From Chromera velia (Eukaryota), in the NCBI GenBank assembly GCA_018398765.1, contig JAHBMJ010000045.1, positions 1 to 58,554 of the forward strand: 58,554 nt of DNA, in the 5' to 3' direction. Position numbers and translations under genes: made by a program. The notes beneath the pieces are model-generated. The model was not told the origin of the DNA. It saw only the letters and a program-made list of their open reading frames with translations, and searched no databases. Each line of letters opens with the position of its first letter. Position 1 is the stretch's first letter. Positions 1 through 12,661 of the stretch are shown piece by piece.

Positions 1-8
1 CTAGCAGG

Positions 9-12
<4 letters not shown>

Positions 13-45
<33 letters not shown>

Positions 46-84
46 CGTGAGTGAGAGTGTGTGCTTGTGAGTGAGAGTGTGTGC

Positions 85-157
<73 letters not shown>

Positions 158-170
158 AGTGTGAGTGCGT
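13..170. repeat. (GA)n/(GT)n microsatellites in the kinesin intron
   Basis: Directly visible dinucleotide runs. Confidence 0.95.
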
Positions 171-358
171 GCGTTTGTGTCGACGGACAGGCAAATAGGC
201 CGACAGCCAGAGAGAGAAATACAGACACAGACGGACAGAGGGAGCAAGGGAGGGGGGCAGGGAGGGAAGAAGGGAAAGGAGGAGAATGCGGAGAGATTTC
301 AAAGGTTTAAGGAAAACATGGTCAACAATCAACCAAACTGAAAACTTGTCAGACGAAC

Positions 359-1090
359 CTTTTCGGACCCTGCAAGGTCGACGAGATAGAGTTTCCCTGT
401 CATGCTGGAGAGGTCGTGTGAGTTTTTCTGTTGAATGGTAATGATGAACAGCAGATGGCTTCTTGAGGAGTGGGCGTTCATGTTCGTTGCTGCAACTGAT
501 CTGTTTTTGTGTCCGACATTCAGAAGGTCAAACACGTCCTGCTCGCACGTCACGTACTCCTCGGTCACGTCACCAATGTAGATGCCTCTCGTTTTGTCTT
601 CGTGAATCTTCAAATTGTCTTTTGAAGAGTCAAGAAGGTCTCTCACTCTTTCCATGTAAATCTCCACAATGGAGCATTTGACTGTGAACTCCACTGCCTC
701 GTCTGCCCGGTCTATTGCCTCAAACATGGTGGCAACCATGCGGGGAATGATGCCCATCTTCTCGGGGTCAGTCGAAACGCCCTCCATCGTGAACGTTTTG
801 CCCGACCCCGTCTGACCATAAGCGAAGACAGTGCCGTTGTACCCCTTCAAAACTTCCTCAATGATGGGAAGTGCAGTGGCCTCGTACACCTCCTTGGAAG
901 AGGTCTCTGGAGGAAAGACCCGGTCCAAGTTGAACTTCCTGTCCCCACCCTCCGAGGGTGCACCCCCTGGCTGGGTGATGCGCACCTCATTGGGCCCCAG
1001 GAATTGGCAGTTGAGAGCACCGCCTGTTTCCTTCTGCTCTCGCTCGTTCAGAGGCCGAAATCGAGCGACAACCTTCACGTTTGATGAGGA

Positions 1091-1093
<3 letters not shown>
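359..1093 (-). CDS. Kinesin heavy chain (kinesin-1-like) motor domain, first coding exon; gene continues off the left edge
   Basis: ATG at 1093 (MSSSNVKVVARFRPLNERE). Contains the P-loop GYNGTVFAYGQTGSGKT, switch I NAHSSRSH and switch II LVDLAGSEK. A GT donor (aag|gttcgt) is at 358. The intron appears to end at position 1 (pyrimidine tract ...tccctgctag). Confidence 0.95.
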
Positions 1094-1125
<32 letters not shown>

Positions 1126-1713
1126 CTCGATTGCTTCCACCCCTCTGTTCCTCTCCAGTCTCTGTGTCCCCCTCCTCCCACCCGGCTGCAACTCTTACCG
1201 AAAGCTTAGCGACAAAAACGGGGAAGAAGGTCGGAAAGAATGTATCGGTCCGGGAAACCAAGTGCCAGCTCGCTCCGCATAGACGCCTGACACACGAGAG
1301 GCCAGCGAACTTGACGCAGGTATGTTGGCGGTTTTGCGGAAAGGTGTTGCTGCATACAGTAGGTGCTAAAATATGATGTTTGGTCGAATCTAGACCGATG
1401 CGAAAAGCCCATGACACGTACGTACGTAACAGTATATACGTACGTGTCCACCTATATAGATATATCGATACATGCAGATTCGATTTAAATCAAGGTAAGT
1501 CGACTACACAGAGCCGGTTGGGGACACAAAATCGGATCCTTCGCGCGACTGCATGCCGCATGCATGCGTACTGGGCCCCGGCATGCCCCAGGAGCGTAGC
1601 AGAGGGGGCATCGTGCATCGCCTCGGGGGGCAGCTCCTGCAGCTCTGCTGAGATCAGCCGAGAGGCCCTGCATGAGATATCGCGCGCACTCGCATAACGC
1701 ATTTTTGATGATC

Positions 1714-2532
1714 GAAGGTTTTGTTATGCATGCCGCGTCCCCACATATTAGAGGCGCATTTTTCATTTTTTGGGAGGGTATTCTGACCTACTCCTAGTTC
1801 GTTTAACCAGGAAGAAAGGCAGATAAACGTATATGTATAAATGTATATATATTTGGGTTTACGAGCTGTCTAACTTAAAGGTGCTGAAAACAGAACAAAG
1901 ACTGGGAACAAAGAGGGAGTAGGGAATATAGAAATGTATAGTAGAGAAATAATAAAGAAGAAATGATACTCATCAGGTAGCGCAGTAAGGCGTTATGCAT
2001 GGGGCTCATAAAAAGTAAGTTCTGTCATGCAAGGTTCGTACTTCTCTCCTAGATAATGCTTTGTTGCCTCTAGACTGTCTGACCTACATGGTGCATACAA
2101 TGACTAATAGACAAACAGATACATGAACTGATGTATGCTGTGCATGCATACATCATGTCAGATACACTGCATTGCATATTGTCACTCAAACCTTCATAAT
2201 ATAACGATACTTAGCCTTGGGTCTTTATTAGACCATAGCAGATCTTGTTGGTCTCGATGTTTGGACAGGGCTTCACTATAGCAGCCCTTGTTGGTCTCGA
2301 TATTTGAACAGGGCTTCGCCAGGTCCCTAGCCCCTCTGGTGGCCCTCAGATCCCTTGAAGTGGAAAGTATATGCCGAGGAAGACCTTGTCGCTCAAAGTA
2401 TACCGCCTGGAAGGTTTTGTACTCAAAGTATGCCGCCTGGAAGGTTTTGCACTTTTAGGATAAAACAAATCAACAAACTAGATTAGATATACCTCTCATA
2501 TATAAGAACGCGACATACATGATAAAACCCTC
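1714..2532. mobile_element. Non-autonomous TIR element with GAG...CTC-type termini (Sola-like ends)
   Basis: ~40-bp imperfect inverted repeats: gaaggttttgttatgcatgccgcgtccccacatattagagg and cctctcatatataagaacgcgacatacatgataaaaccctc. Flanks are gatc and aatc. The left end could alternatively pair with the related end at 7346. Confidence 0.6.
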
Positions 2533-3210
2533 AATCAAATTTGCACTCTAGGAAGGTGTTTCTGATCTAGGTTTCTGATGGAATATTCAGCTTAAAGCTC
2601 TCTAGGAGTATTTATAGACGCTACACGACGTAACTATATTAGCAGATGGGAGAAAGAACTGTCAAAGCTAGTGTTAAAGTCTCCTTTTTGGTATGTTTTC
2701 ACCTGATATATACACAAAAAGATATTCCAAGTAGAATACTTTAGGGTATAGGATGTTCTTTTGAAGGTTGCTTAGAAGATTTATGAAAGAAGATTTTAGA
2801 ATTCTGATTGGTTGGTTGTAACTTTTTGGTCTGTTGCATGCTGTTTAAAGTGGGCCCCAGACGGCTCCCTAGGCAGCTCCAAAAGTTTAAGATCTAAATA
2901 GGGCCGGAGGGGGGCCTAGCTAGGGGATATCACTCCCTCATAGCTATGCGGGAACTGTAGATTTCTAGTAACCAGGACTTGATACAGAATTACCGTACGT
3001 ACAAACAAAATTGATATACAATAATATTCTAAAAATAAAAAACACGAAGACAGCAAAATCAACTACGTAGATTACGGATATAAAAGTTAGGACGAAGCCG
3101 TAGCTTATTCGTCTAGTTGTTCATAGCAGTAGGATGAAGCTAGACTTGGCTGCTAGAGGTAGCTAGAGGATAAAGCAGGTAAAATAAAAGCACACCGTGC
3201 ATATCTTTTT

Positions 3211-3256
<46 letters not shown>

Positions 3257-4489
3257 TCTCTCCCTCTCTCTCTCTCACTTAAAGAGTCTCTTTCTCTACT
3301 TTCTCTTCCTCTTTCTATGATATATTCACCTAGGAGAGGACACGGATGGAAGCAAACAGATGGAAGGAGACGGATGGAAGCAGACAGATAGGAGGAGATG
3401 GATAGAGGCAAACAGATGCAAAGAGACGAATAGAGGCAAACAGATGGAAGCAAACAGATAGTCTACAGGAAGGAGACAGATGGAGCCTCAGGCAAATAAC
3501 CCACTCACTCACAACCTGTACTAACACAGAGAAAAAGAATAATCCATTTTGCGTTTCAACTTTACACTCTTTCTCTGGACTTTTTCTTCTCTTCTATAAT
3601 GGAGATTCTAAGAAATTAAAAGTCTCTTCTAACAGCTGAGATCTTATGTTGTCTGTGCACAAATGTGTTAGTAGGAGCACACGGTCAATCTATCATAATC
3701 CAATACAATCTAACAGGCTGCTATCTGATTCAATTGGAATTTATCGAATACATGCTAATTAAACGACATACAAAAAATGCATGCATGCAAAAAAACTGGA
3801 GACTGAAGCTTCGCATACATGCCGAGCTAAACATTAATAGCTCGAAATCAGTATACCAATTAATTGCAGTATTATGTCGATCCTTGCAAGCTGATGGATA
3901 GACTGTAGGCATGATTAGAGAACACACGTAGTGTCCCGCGCGCGACGCCCCTCCGTATCCATACCGCTGTCTTTTGTCTATCGCTGATGGTTCTCAGGTG
4001 CACTTGCAGAAGCAAACGACAACAAAAGGCCATAACATTAAAAATCAGTCATATGTAGATTTTTTTAGAATAAAACAAAGAAAAGACAAACGCGCCTTCC
4101 AAAGAGAACGAAGACCATCATCACCAGTCCGACGGACTGCAGACATGAACAAATCAAGCAAAAACAAAACAGGCCATCTCAAAATATACAACTCCAAAAA
4201 CAGAAAAGTAAGTTCATCAACCAGGACAACTGCAGATGCATTATAAGAAAGAAGTGTCCGGATAAGATGAGAAGATATTAGGCCCTTCTTGGCCGAAACA
4301 GAAAGAATATAGGAGAAAGCATGCATCAAACGCACTCTACAAAGTGAAGGTAGGTTAGGAAAAGACGACCATCCTCCAGAAATAGGCAACAGAGAAAAAG
4401 CAACCAAATTACAAAAAAAATTAAGAAGAACATCACGATTAGGAGTAACAGCAGCAAAAAGCAAAATTGAAAGAGATTCTAGTAGAGAA

Positions 4490-4855
4490 AAAAGACGCAG
4501 ACCAAGCACTATAGATCCCTTCTGACGCTCTAAAACGCACGCAGGACTGTCGAAGTCTTCCTCAAGTAACTTTTCTATCATGGGGTCATCCGGCACGTTA
4601 CTCATACCACAGTCAGACCTAAAAACAATCGTTCTATCGTCCATGTATCTCCCTGCCATCCATTTCTCCCCCCCTCCATGAAGGTTTCGATCTCATCAAT
4701 GTAATAGAGTACTCTTTCTACGCGGCAAAAAATCGGGCCCCACCAGGAGAGCAAGGACTCCCTTGAGGAAAACCTTCATGCTGTCTGACCATCTTCCCTC
4801 GAACATGCGTTCCCTGAAAGTACACGTAGACCCAGCGTTTGATCTTGTCAAACCC
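4490..4855 (-). pseudogene. Penelope-like (PLE/TERT-type) reverse transcriptase remnant
   Basis: Minus-strand translation reads VYFQGTHVRGKMVRQHEGFPQGSPCSPGGARFFAA*KEY. After one frameshift in a G run it reads WMAGRYMDDRTIVF...VLERQKGSIVLGLRL. These match the RT motifs QxxGxPQGSxxSP, RYxDD and motif E. Confidence 0.6.
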
Positions 4856-5671
4856 TGGGTTTCAAAAAAAAACATCCTGGGTAATCCAGCATGTGACGTC
4901 TATTTGTCATATGCTGGGTAACCCAACATGTGATGCTGGGTTACCCAGGATGTGACATCAACCAACCCAGCATATCGATTTCGATCGAACCCAGTATTCG
5001 CACTCAGATCGCTTCATAAATCGAAATTTCAAATCAGACACATGAAAGGAAACAACACAAACCGACTGACCAGCAAAAGAGGATGGTCTTTCCACAAACA
5101 GAACAAGGCCACAAACAGCAGGAAGCGTGACACTGCTAGTGACACTGTTGGAGTCGATGTCGCTGAAGCCGGTTTCCGAATCACGATTTCGATCTCAAGG
5201 TCGAAATCTCATTTTGATCGGCGAGCGCCCTCCAGATTGCTCTCGCAGCATTCTTGGCTCTATCAAAGCCTTTCCTCACTGGAAAGGACTCCCAACCAAA
5301 GCAGGAAAGCTTTTCAAAGCAGCTAAGGTCGCTGCGGGAGAGCAGACGGATGGTAGACGGACATTCCGATCTGTTTGTGATCAGATTTTTGAAGACCGCG
5401 ATCGCAGATCGATTTGGCTGTGCACGATTCGAAATTGGAAGACGTAGAAAGCCATTTCCACCCTTTGCAACACAAAGACCAGCTTATAAGAAGGTCTTTG
5501 AAAGGTTGGATGGCTTTCCGTTTCGACTGGCTCGCAATCTGCTTCCAGATTGAAGCCCGCTCATGCACTTCGGACAAAATTAAGCTGCAAAGTCAGCTAC
5601 ACAGACTAACAATTTGATTGCATGGATGCATCGCAAATATTCGTGCTGTGCAACGTGCATGCAACATGCAT

Positions 5672-5962
5672 GTAAGGAGTTAGAAGGTGAAACTTTGTGT
5701 AAGAAGACATTGTAATGATAGAAAAAGAACTATAGAGCAGATTTTTTATATCATTTCTAGAAACATAGGCTGTCATACAATTTTTTTGATTTTTATGCCA
5801 TTTTTTAACGGTTCCTAATAGTAAGAAAAACGGTATGAAACTTAGTACAAAATTTATATAGTAACCTATGTTTCTAGAAATGATATAAAAAATCTGTTCC
5901 ATAGTTCTTTTTCTATCATTATAACGTCTTTTTACACAAAGTTTCAGCTTCTAACTCTTTAC
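5672..5962. mobile_element. Foldback/MITE-like long inverted repeat (~100-bp arms)
   Basis: gtaaggagttagaaggtgaaactttgtgtaagaagac...tttctagaaacatagg is mirrored by cctatgtttctagaaa...tttacacaaagtttcagcttctaactctttac. Confidence 0.65.
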
Positions 5963-7094
5963 TACTTATGAGAATGAGTTTTTTGGGAAAAAACGCTGGT
6001 CTATGCCGGTCTCCTATGCAGAAAGGGGGGGCAAAAAGCACTCCACTTACCCCCGGCATGCGAAAACCCCCCTAAAACCACGTTAAAACCCCCTTTAAAA
6101 ACCAAAACATTCACTTTTCAAAGAGGCTCTACCAAAAATTCAGGAGTATGTGCAGCGCGATTTAAATGTTTTTTATATATCATATTAGTAATGTACTAGG
6201 GTTTTATTGATATTAATGAACCTATAAGATTCAGGCTACGCAGTTTCCATAGTTGGAGAAGTGCTGCCGATTTAGCTGTTGGGGGCCCTTTTTAGGATTG
6301 GACTCCCTGAGGTTCTCTTCCTTCTTCCTTCTTTGGAATTATTTCTTCTTTATTTCTTGACTTTCTTCTTTTTCTCACCTCTGCTCTTTCTTTCTTCCAA
6401 ATGCATTCCTATTTACCTTCTTTCTCTTCGCCTCTCTAATATTTTCTTGATGACAACTGCAAATAAATACTTACCGTAGAGAACTTTTTTCTTTCTTCGC
6501 AAATCTTGGCCTGTTCGATCGCTCACGCAATTAAGCTAACAGTGATAGACAAATGACAGTGGCAGACCGACGGGGTGTGGATAGGTAGGCTAGAACAAAG
6601 GCTGTTTAGTGTTTCAGGCAGTGTTAGAGTATATAATGCGATCGATACATCCTTGCACACGTGCGTACATCATATATCTACGTGTGCTGATCTCTGTATG
6701 CACACATGCATGCATTTAATTATTCGTTTGTATGCATGCAGTTGTATTTATATGTATCTTTACCGATCGATCGCTGTATACATTGCTCGTATGTCTTACG
6801 ACAGCCTTGTAAGCCTCCGTTTCGCGTGCCGGAAACTAACAATACGTGTTGGTGTGGTCAAGATTCCTCGGCTGTCTGAAAAGGATTAAGAGATTCTAGC
6901 TACTAGACTTAATAGTAACTACATAACAGTGATATCCCCTAGGGGGCTTAGGCTTTACTTATGCCCCCCCTGGCTCAAAGACTCTGTTGATTCTTGTTAA
7001 AACTTCTTGTGATCATGAAGGTATTCTGCATGACAAGTCTTTCAGAAAGTCTTTCACGTAGTGATACAGGCCATCATAAGGTTTTTTGCGTAGA

Positions 7095-7280
7095 TGGAAG
7101 TCTTTCATTACGAAGTCTTTCATAAGAGGAAGTCTTTCATTACGAAGTTTTTCACAAGAGGAAGTCTTTCATCACGAAGTCTTTCATGAGAGGAAGTCTT
7201 TCATTACGAAGTCTTTCATAAGAGGTAGTCTTTCATCACAAAGTCTTTCACAAGAGCAAGTCTTTCGTCATGAAGTCTTT
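7095..7280. repeat. Tandem minisatellite (~32-bp unit built from gaagtctttca subunits)
   Basis: Repeated ggaagtctttcattacgaagtctttcataaga variants. Confidence 0.85.
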
Positions 7281-7289
7281 TATGAGGCA

Positions 7290-7346
7290 AACTAGGTTAG
7301 ATCCGCCTCTCATATATGGGGATGCGGCATGCATAAAAAAACTCTC
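7290..7346. mobile_element. Terminus of the same GAG...CTC TIR family
   Basis: actaggttagatccgcctctcatatatggggatgcggcatgcataaaaaaactctc|aatca matches 2476-2532 and, inverted, the sequence starting at 57166. Confidence 0.6.
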
Positions 7347-7474
7347 AATCAGTTTTATGAGGCACTTCGCTCACTGCTTATGTAGGCCGGTTTTCGTAGG
7401 TTTTGGGATCAATTAAAATTATAAGAACTTGCCAGATTTATAGCCAAATCGAACATATCAATCCAGGGCTCACA

Positions 7475-8438
7475 CAGACCTGTTAAAGAGGCTTTTGGGC
7501 AGGTACGGCTGCGCCGGGTCGGGCCAAAGCCGTACCTGCCCTGGCCGGCAGGCCCGGCGGGAACGCTGCCCCGGCGCTTCAATTATAATTAAGCGCGCGG
7601 GAACAGAGGGCCACACGTGCGCGCGGCGCCACGGTTTCCGCGCGCGCATGCATGGCCAAACGTTCAGAGGTTGCATGGATTGCACTAACTTATCCGGTGG
7701 CATGCTGTCCAGGGGATCATCTCCTTCGCTCATCTCGTCCTACTTCCTTTGCCCTACACAAGTGTTTGACAGTGTCAGTGTCTTTCCACAGTGAAGGCTC
7801 TTCGGCTCCATGGGACGCGGAACTTTGGAAACGACTGGGTTGACCAGGATGGACACGTCGCAAGGATTGTGGACATCGCAAGGTCAGTCAATACTGAATC
7901 AAAGGTCGTCCACTAGCTGGCCCCTCTGCTCAGTAGATGCAGCCGCCCAGTCCATCACTCACTTTTGCATAATGCACACGTTACTTGTACGCATTTCTAT
8001 CGCAGAACCTTGCAGCAGCGTTGCTTGCTTTTCACTTGCGTGAGTCAAGCTTGTTCGAGGTTCAAGCAACAGTTCCGTCTCCACCTCTTTCCACTTCAAG
8101 ACTCACACCATGGCGGTCTATCTGCTTCTGCTTTGCAAGCCAAACATACCAACGTGCTTATTGTTATCTTATCTCTTCATTCATGTCTACAGGAGCGACC
8201 ATGAGCACCACAAGTGGCGTCGTTTGATTTTTCACCGATTTCCCATTACTGGAAGAACCAGTCAGTTGTGTGCGTGCATCCCCCTTTGTGTTTGAGAAGG
8301 GACTTCTTGAAAGTCCAGAAAGCAAAGGAACCTCTTTCCATGAATGCATTGAAGCATTTTATTGCAACTCTGAACAAGAAGGTCGCCGTCTTGCGGATGG
8401 GTTGAATTTCATGAATCTGCCCGCGCATATATATACTA

Positions 8439-8475
<37 letters not shown>

Positions 8476-9013
8476 AACAGCTCTCACATCTCCACTGTTT
8501 CTCTTCGATCACTTCGATCACCTTCTCACGAATGATTCCCGCGTTTTTATACAACCGGTTATCGCGTTCCTTTCGTGTCTTTTTGCATGCGCTCCTACCG
8601 ACCACCAGTACGACATACTAGAACACACATGAACACACCAATCTATAGACACCAATACACACACCAATGCACATCCACACTCATCTCCCTCCACTCAGAG
8701 TCTCTCGTTCCACCTCTTCACTTTTCCAGAGAGTATTCAACTGATTCAAGCTGTCGGATGATCTCATTTTCTTCATCACGCATGATGGACTTGGATGGAT
8801 GATCAGTTCATGCAACTTTTTGGAGCCGGCCCGGGGTCTGCCTCTTTGTATCTCTTTGTCCCCTAACGTCCTAGGTACGGCGCGCCGGGTTGCGGCCTTC
8901 GGCCGCTCCCCGGCGCGCCGTGTTTGAGCCGGGTCGAGCTGCCAGGTCGGCCTTCGGCCGACCCGGCAGACCCGGCGTTTACTATGTAAAGCGCCGGGTC
9001 TTTAACACCTCTG
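7475..9013. mobile_element. hAT-like non-autonomous DNA transposon
   Basis: 15-bp TIRs cagacctgttaaaga and tctttaacacctctg (13/15 match). Perfect 8-bp TSD ggctcaca at 7467-7474 and 9014-9021. GC-rich subterminal ccgggtc/cggcc repeats. Confidence 0.85.
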
Positions 9014-9419
9014 GGCTCACACTGTAAACTTTAAGTTCTAAAAAAAGAAAGAAAGAAAGTTTGTTTGAGTTTTACATATTTTTAGCTTTATTAGGATGAT
9101 CAACACGGTTGATGGGCGGTATTATGTTTTCCATTGATTGCTGTAGGTGTCTTTTGATGTTTATTGTTTAAAGTATGTATTTGCACTACACAATCCACTG
9201 TGACATACAAAAGCGGTGTAACAGCACTGTAACCAATATTTTGATCGCTAGTTGGATCGGACTTTTGATGTAAATTCAATTTAGTTGAAGTAGGGTGTGG
9301 GCCAAGCTCACACAACGCGGACCGACAGGATCAGGCGCCGCCGGGATGCTGCCGGGTATGTCGGGCGAGGGCCGCGTACGCACTGCAAGCTCTGTACTAG
9401 GCTCTGTATTGGAATAAAT

Positions 9420-10182
9420 TACACAGTACGGTTAGGAGTTACTACCGGCTCTTTTTAGCCAGTAGGTTAAGCGAGTTACCGTCAGTTTGGTAACCATGAG
9501 ATAGTAACTAGCGGACTTGAAGGCGTGTACCACTACCATACCACTACCATGGTAGTTCAAAGAAAACCTTAGGTAAAAACAGTAACTGTTGCTAGATATA
9601 TTTTAAAGCCTGACCACTTAATTCATGAGTAGGTTAAAGCCCTGAAATGATTATACTTAAATAATATAGGCTATACATAATGATATAATAGGAGTATCAT
9701 AAAGAAAAAAAAAAGTAATTAACTCTCTTTCTCAGGTACTTTTTTTTTTCTTTTTTTTTCTTTTGTCTAAAACAACTGTTGTTTAGCTGTTGCATAGGAA
9801 TTGCACAAGTGTTGTAAGGTGTTGCAGGCAAAAAAAAAAGAAAAAAAAAGTAGATAACTCGTTTTTCTATAGATTTTTTTTCTTTTTTTTTTTACTGTGA
9901 CATGCCTAGATGATAGTATACTAGTTATAGTTTAGTCATCAAAAGATGAACATTCAGTTTTACTAGAATAAACTTTTGATAAATGCCAAAAATATGATTT
10001 TTACTAGTCTAAAATTGGTTTTGTAGGTTAAGTTTGACTCAGAATGTAGCCAAATCTGCCTGTTTTTAGCTATTGCTACTACTATCGGAACAGTACTACC
10101 ATAACCATAAAATTTGTAAGCAGGCGGGCTAGCGGCTGCCTACTAACTATCCTACTTTCATTACTCCTAACCGTACTGTGTA
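9420..10182. mobile_element. MITE with 8-bp TSD (hAT-like)
   Basis: Perfect 20-bp TIRs tacacagtacggttaggagt and actcctaaccgtactgtgta. TSD gaataaat at 9412-9419 and 10183-10190. Confidence 0.85.
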
Positions 10183-11759
10183 GAATAAATTAATATAGAT
10201 ATTTAGTTGCATACATATAGATTGGGTCGTCCATCTATGTACACTCAGTTAGCATCTGAAGAGAACACACTGCACCTAGCTGTCAGTGTGGTTGTATGAA
10301 CAACCCAGACTTTTAGTCTTCCTGCCAATAAATGTATCCCATCATTTAGAGCTGCTAACAAGCCGTCAACCCTCTTTTCTACTGATTTTCACTTATAAAT
10401 TTAATAGAATTTAAGTTCTAAAGAAATAAAGAAAAAAAAAAAGTTGCCTTGAGTTTTTGTTGTTTAAGGCTTTACAGTATGAACGCTAGATATTAATCCT
10501 ATTTGATAATGTTATCAGGAAGATGTTCTTATATAATTTCTTAGCATAATTTATTTCCGGTTTTTATACCTATATTGCTTTGCAACCCATTAACTAAACC
10601 AAGAGAACGCATCGTTGATAGCTCTATGTGACTTGAGTTGGTGCTCTTGCCATAGATCGACCTAGCTTTGCATTAACTCCTGTTGATCCCTGAGGAGATG
10701 GCCTGAAAGCAACAACGAGAGACAGTTTGCCTCCTTGCTCATACTAATGCTCGTAGAACAACTAGTTTAGCTCGACAATTGGCATCCGTCATTCAATAGG
10801 GAAGCAAGTCTTACTTCTACACGATGCTATTCTGAAACCTTTTGGCCAGAAGAAAGAGAGCGCTTGCATTTGAGGAGAAAGATGGAGAAAGATAGAGAAA
10901 GAAACGGGAAGCAGTTTATGGCAGTTCTACAAACCTGCCTAGGGAACAGACGCCAGTTTTTAAGAGTTCCTCACCGACCTACAGTTAGACAGCACAAGCA
11001 GTTGGCGTGCATGTATGCTGAGTATGAAACACTGGGACGGGGTCAGATAGATAAGGTTTTCTCCTTTTTTGGGAAGTGGTTCGCGGAATAGGGACAAAGT
11101 CAAGCTAGGCCACCGTTTTTGCCCATCTTTTCAGCCGTCTCCGTCATTTTACCACCGTCTGCCTCAAAACAGGCAGGCTAGAAGGAGCTTTGGGGTGAAA
11201 TATGAAGATAAAAAGGCGCAATCTAACCTAGTCTATCAGAATGAAGGTTTTTTAGCTCTTCTTTCTTCTGATTGAGCTAGATTTCGGCAGAAAGATGACA
11301 AGGCCACGCATTCTGTATAAGGATGTAAGACCACTCTACCTAGCTTGCCGTGGAAATTCAGTGAGTAGCCGTCATGAGAAAGCCGTTCTTGTCTGTGTTA
11401 TCTTCCTTTATGGAAGGAGACTGCCCTAGCAGTGTGTCTAGCTGCGTATCAAACCAGCCAAACGTTAGTCTAAGATGCTCATTTTGGGCCAATAGCGATG
11501 GTGAATGATCATGATAATGATGACTAAACCAAGAAAGAAAACATATAAATTCATAGTTGCAAAGTAATTCTAAGACTTTTGAACAAAAATTACAGTTTTG
11601 TATTGTGTGTTTACTGATTGGTGCGATATGATATCCGATGATATCAAATTTAGACTTTTGTTGCAAAGATGATAGAGTATTTTTTGATATGACCCAGTTT
11701 TAAAGTCAGTTTTCCTAGGAAATCTAAACCCAGTTTTGATTACTATCTACCCTGCAAGG

Positions 11760-12125
11760 ACCTAGGAATTTAAACAAGAATTTAGAGGACTTTAGACAGG
11801 AATTTAGAGAAATTTAGCTAGGAATCTAAAAGAAATTAAAGACAGGAATTTAGAGGAATTTAGCAATTTTTGGAGGTCGATTTCTCGTGAACTATGATGA
11901 GTTAGAACTTCATATTAATGGTGCTTATATTTCTAATGTAGGTTCATAAACATCGGTATTATTAAGTTATAACTCATCATAGTTCACAAAAAATTGACCT
12001 CTATGCAAATTTTAGGAATTTAGAGGTCTAAGTTCTTTTAGATTTCTAGCCTAGTTCCTAATTAAATTCCTCTAAATTCCTGTCTAAATTCCTCTAAATT
12101 CTTATCTAAATTCCTGTTTAAATTG
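11760..12125. repeat. Inverted array of ggaatttaga repeats around an inner ~130-bp TIR unit (11873-12001)
   Basis: ggaatttagag repeats on the left and ctctaaattcc repeats on the right. Inner arms are gaggtcgatttctcgtgaactatgatgagtta and taactcatcatagttcacaaaaaattgacctc. Confidence 0.6.
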
Positions 12126-12661
12126 ATAGATAGAAAGACTACTAGTTCAGATCTAGTATAAACAGTGCACAATATATTTCAAATAGAGTTAAATTAACAT
12201 AGTAATATGAAGTAATCTTTTTTTGAAAACCAAACAGTATGCTTTTAGGGGGCAAAGAGTTATTCACATTATTTTTTCCTAGGGATAGCTATCGTGTCGA
12301 TATCGTATTGTATTGTATCGGTATTAGTATCGAAGTATCGACTATCGGTTCTTTCTTGAGCGGCCAAGTATTGATTAGTATCGGCCTGCTTAGAGCTTGT
12401 AAAGGACTGGCTGGGCTACTATGTGGTAAGGCGCGCGCCGGGCCGGGCCTCGGTACTCAAAGACCGGGCGCGGCCGGGCCCAGTAACGCGTATACCATCC
12501 CTAACCAGCTCTATGTATGGATGAATGCGGAACCGGCTCACTGAATTCAGCCTCAGCGGCCAGAACAGCCCGACTTGGCTTCAAGACAAGACTGCATGTA
12601 CACTGCATCCGATTTAATAGAGCTTCCTCATTTCCGTTTTCTGAATAAAACCGCTTCTGGA

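Larger units (their letters stand above)
2923..6939. mobile_element. ~4-kb TIR element with nested insertions
   Basis: Perfect inverted ends (cta)ggggatatcact and agtgatatcccc(tag). The TSD reads as TA or CTAG. Superfamily not determined. Confidence 0.55.

Noticed and set aside
1094..1417. N-terminal extension of the kinesin ORF
   Set aside because: It runs through a (GA)n tract. The motor domain starts right after the ATG at 1093, so this is most likely 5' UTR.
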